Positions 18,876 through 19,501 of a stretch of DNA of 19,501 bases are shown here, one piece after another. The stretch's first letter is position 1. Every line of letters begins with the position of its first letter. The stretch is taken from the NCBI RefSeq assembly GCF_006345805.1, contig NW_021824222.1, positions 1-19,501 of the forward strand, given 5' to 3'. A program made the position numbers and the translations under genes. The notes beneath the pieces were generated by a model. It was not told where the DNA came from and did not search any database. It saw only the letters and a list, made by a program, of their open reading frames with translations. Source of the stretch: Octopus sinensis (taxonomy: Eukaryota).

Positions 18876-19051
18876 TTTTTTTCCTCTGTCTTCCCTTCCT
18901 TGGATCTTTCCTTTTCCTTTGCTTCCGACGAAGAGCTCCGCTAGAAACGTTAAACCCTCCTTCTTTCCTTCTTTCCTGAGCGTCCAATAATACTTTATTT
19001 GTTCCACGTCCTCGCGTTGTTGTGTTTTTTTGTGCTTTCTTGTTTGGAATA

Positions 19052-19055
<4 letters not shown>
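18876..19055 (+). mobile_element. Penelope-like terminal-repeat fragment
   Basis: Hammerhead-like motif, downstream TTCCTGAGCG shared with the 12461-12592 element, T-rich end abutting (TA)n. PLE assignment is inference. Confidence 0.55.
18921..18955 (+). ncRNA. Degenerate minimal type I hammerhead ribozyme
   Basis: GCUU CCGACGA A GAGC UCC GCUA GAAACGU U AAAC. Three substitutions away from GCUU-CUGACGA-A-GAGC-UCC-GCUC-GAAACGU-U-AAGC. Confidence 0.6.
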
Positions 19056-19094
<39 letters not shown>

Positions 19095-19096
<2 letters not shown>

Positions 19097-19142
19097 GATA
19101 GGCTTCTTTCAGTTTCCGTCTCCCAATTCCACTCACAAGGCC
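19095..19142 (-). mobile_element. SINE central-domain fragment
   Basis: GGCTTCTTTCAGTTTCCGTCTCCCAATTCCACTCACAAGG is the reverse complement of the SINE central domain. Confidence 0.8.
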
Positions 19143-19207
19143 ATGATGGACATATAACACTGTATGTTTTGGATAATATATGTGTGTGTGTATCATCGTC
19201 ATATCAA

Positions 19208-19362
19208 GTGGTTGGCATTAGGAAGGGCATCCAGCTGTAGAAACCTTGCCAGATCAAATTGGAACAGGGTGTAGCCTACAGGATTGCCAGCCCTCGGTCA
19301 AACCGTCCAACCCATGCCAGCATGGAAAGCGGATGTTAAATGATGATGATGATGATGATGAT
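19208..19362 (+). mobile_element. RTE LINE 3'-end fragment
   Basis: GTGGTTGGCATTAGGAAGGGCATCCAGCTGTAGAAAC...CCAACCCATGCCAGCATGGAAAGCGGATGTTAAA(TGA)n. Confidence 0.9.
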
Positions 19363-19430
19363 AGTTATCCCCAAATTGGTTCCGATTTCTGGATTAATCC
19401 GAAAAGGATTTTTCCTTCAAAGACATATAT

Positions 19431-19501
19431 ATTTCTTTACTACCCACAAGGGGCTAAACGCAGAGGGGGACAAACAAGGACAGACAAATGAATTAAGTCG
19501 A
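19431..19501 (-). mobile_element. 3' end of an element with a Tx1-like terminus, cut by the window edge
   Basis: Minus strand TTTGTCCCCCTCTGCGTTTAGCCCCTTGTGGGTAGTAAAGAAAT resembles TTTGTCCCATCTGCGTTCAGCCCTGTGTGGCTAATAAAGAAA at 11605-11646. Confidence 0.6.

Overview
This is eukaryotic, repeat-saturated, apparently non-genic DNA. I infer octopus/coleoid cephalopod from recalled repeat families; this was not database-checked. No host exon is recognisable. The window holds TA/TG/CTAT/ATT microsatellites, a full-length but frameshifted CR1-clade LINE (2563-7203, minus), a 5'-truncated RTE LINE with a tandemly amplified 3' UTR plus four short RTE 3' ends, and two Tx1/L1-like 3' ends. It also holds about ten copies or fragments of one tRNA-derived SINE, three copies of a TIR MITE carrying telomere-like repeats, two Penelope-like terminal fragments with degenerate minimal hammerhead ribozymes, and a 28S rRNA fragment. 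Best observations: (1) the SINE 3' tail matches the CR1 3' end with compensatory stem changes, suggesting a SINE-LINE partnership; (2) an antisense 28S fragment and a SINE sit inside one 12-bp target-site duplication; (3) CR1 ORF1 combines a Myb/SANT-like domain with a CCCH finger; (4) two hammerhead relics; (5) several fold-back structures. Most ORFs in the supplied track are microsatellite or antisense artefacts.
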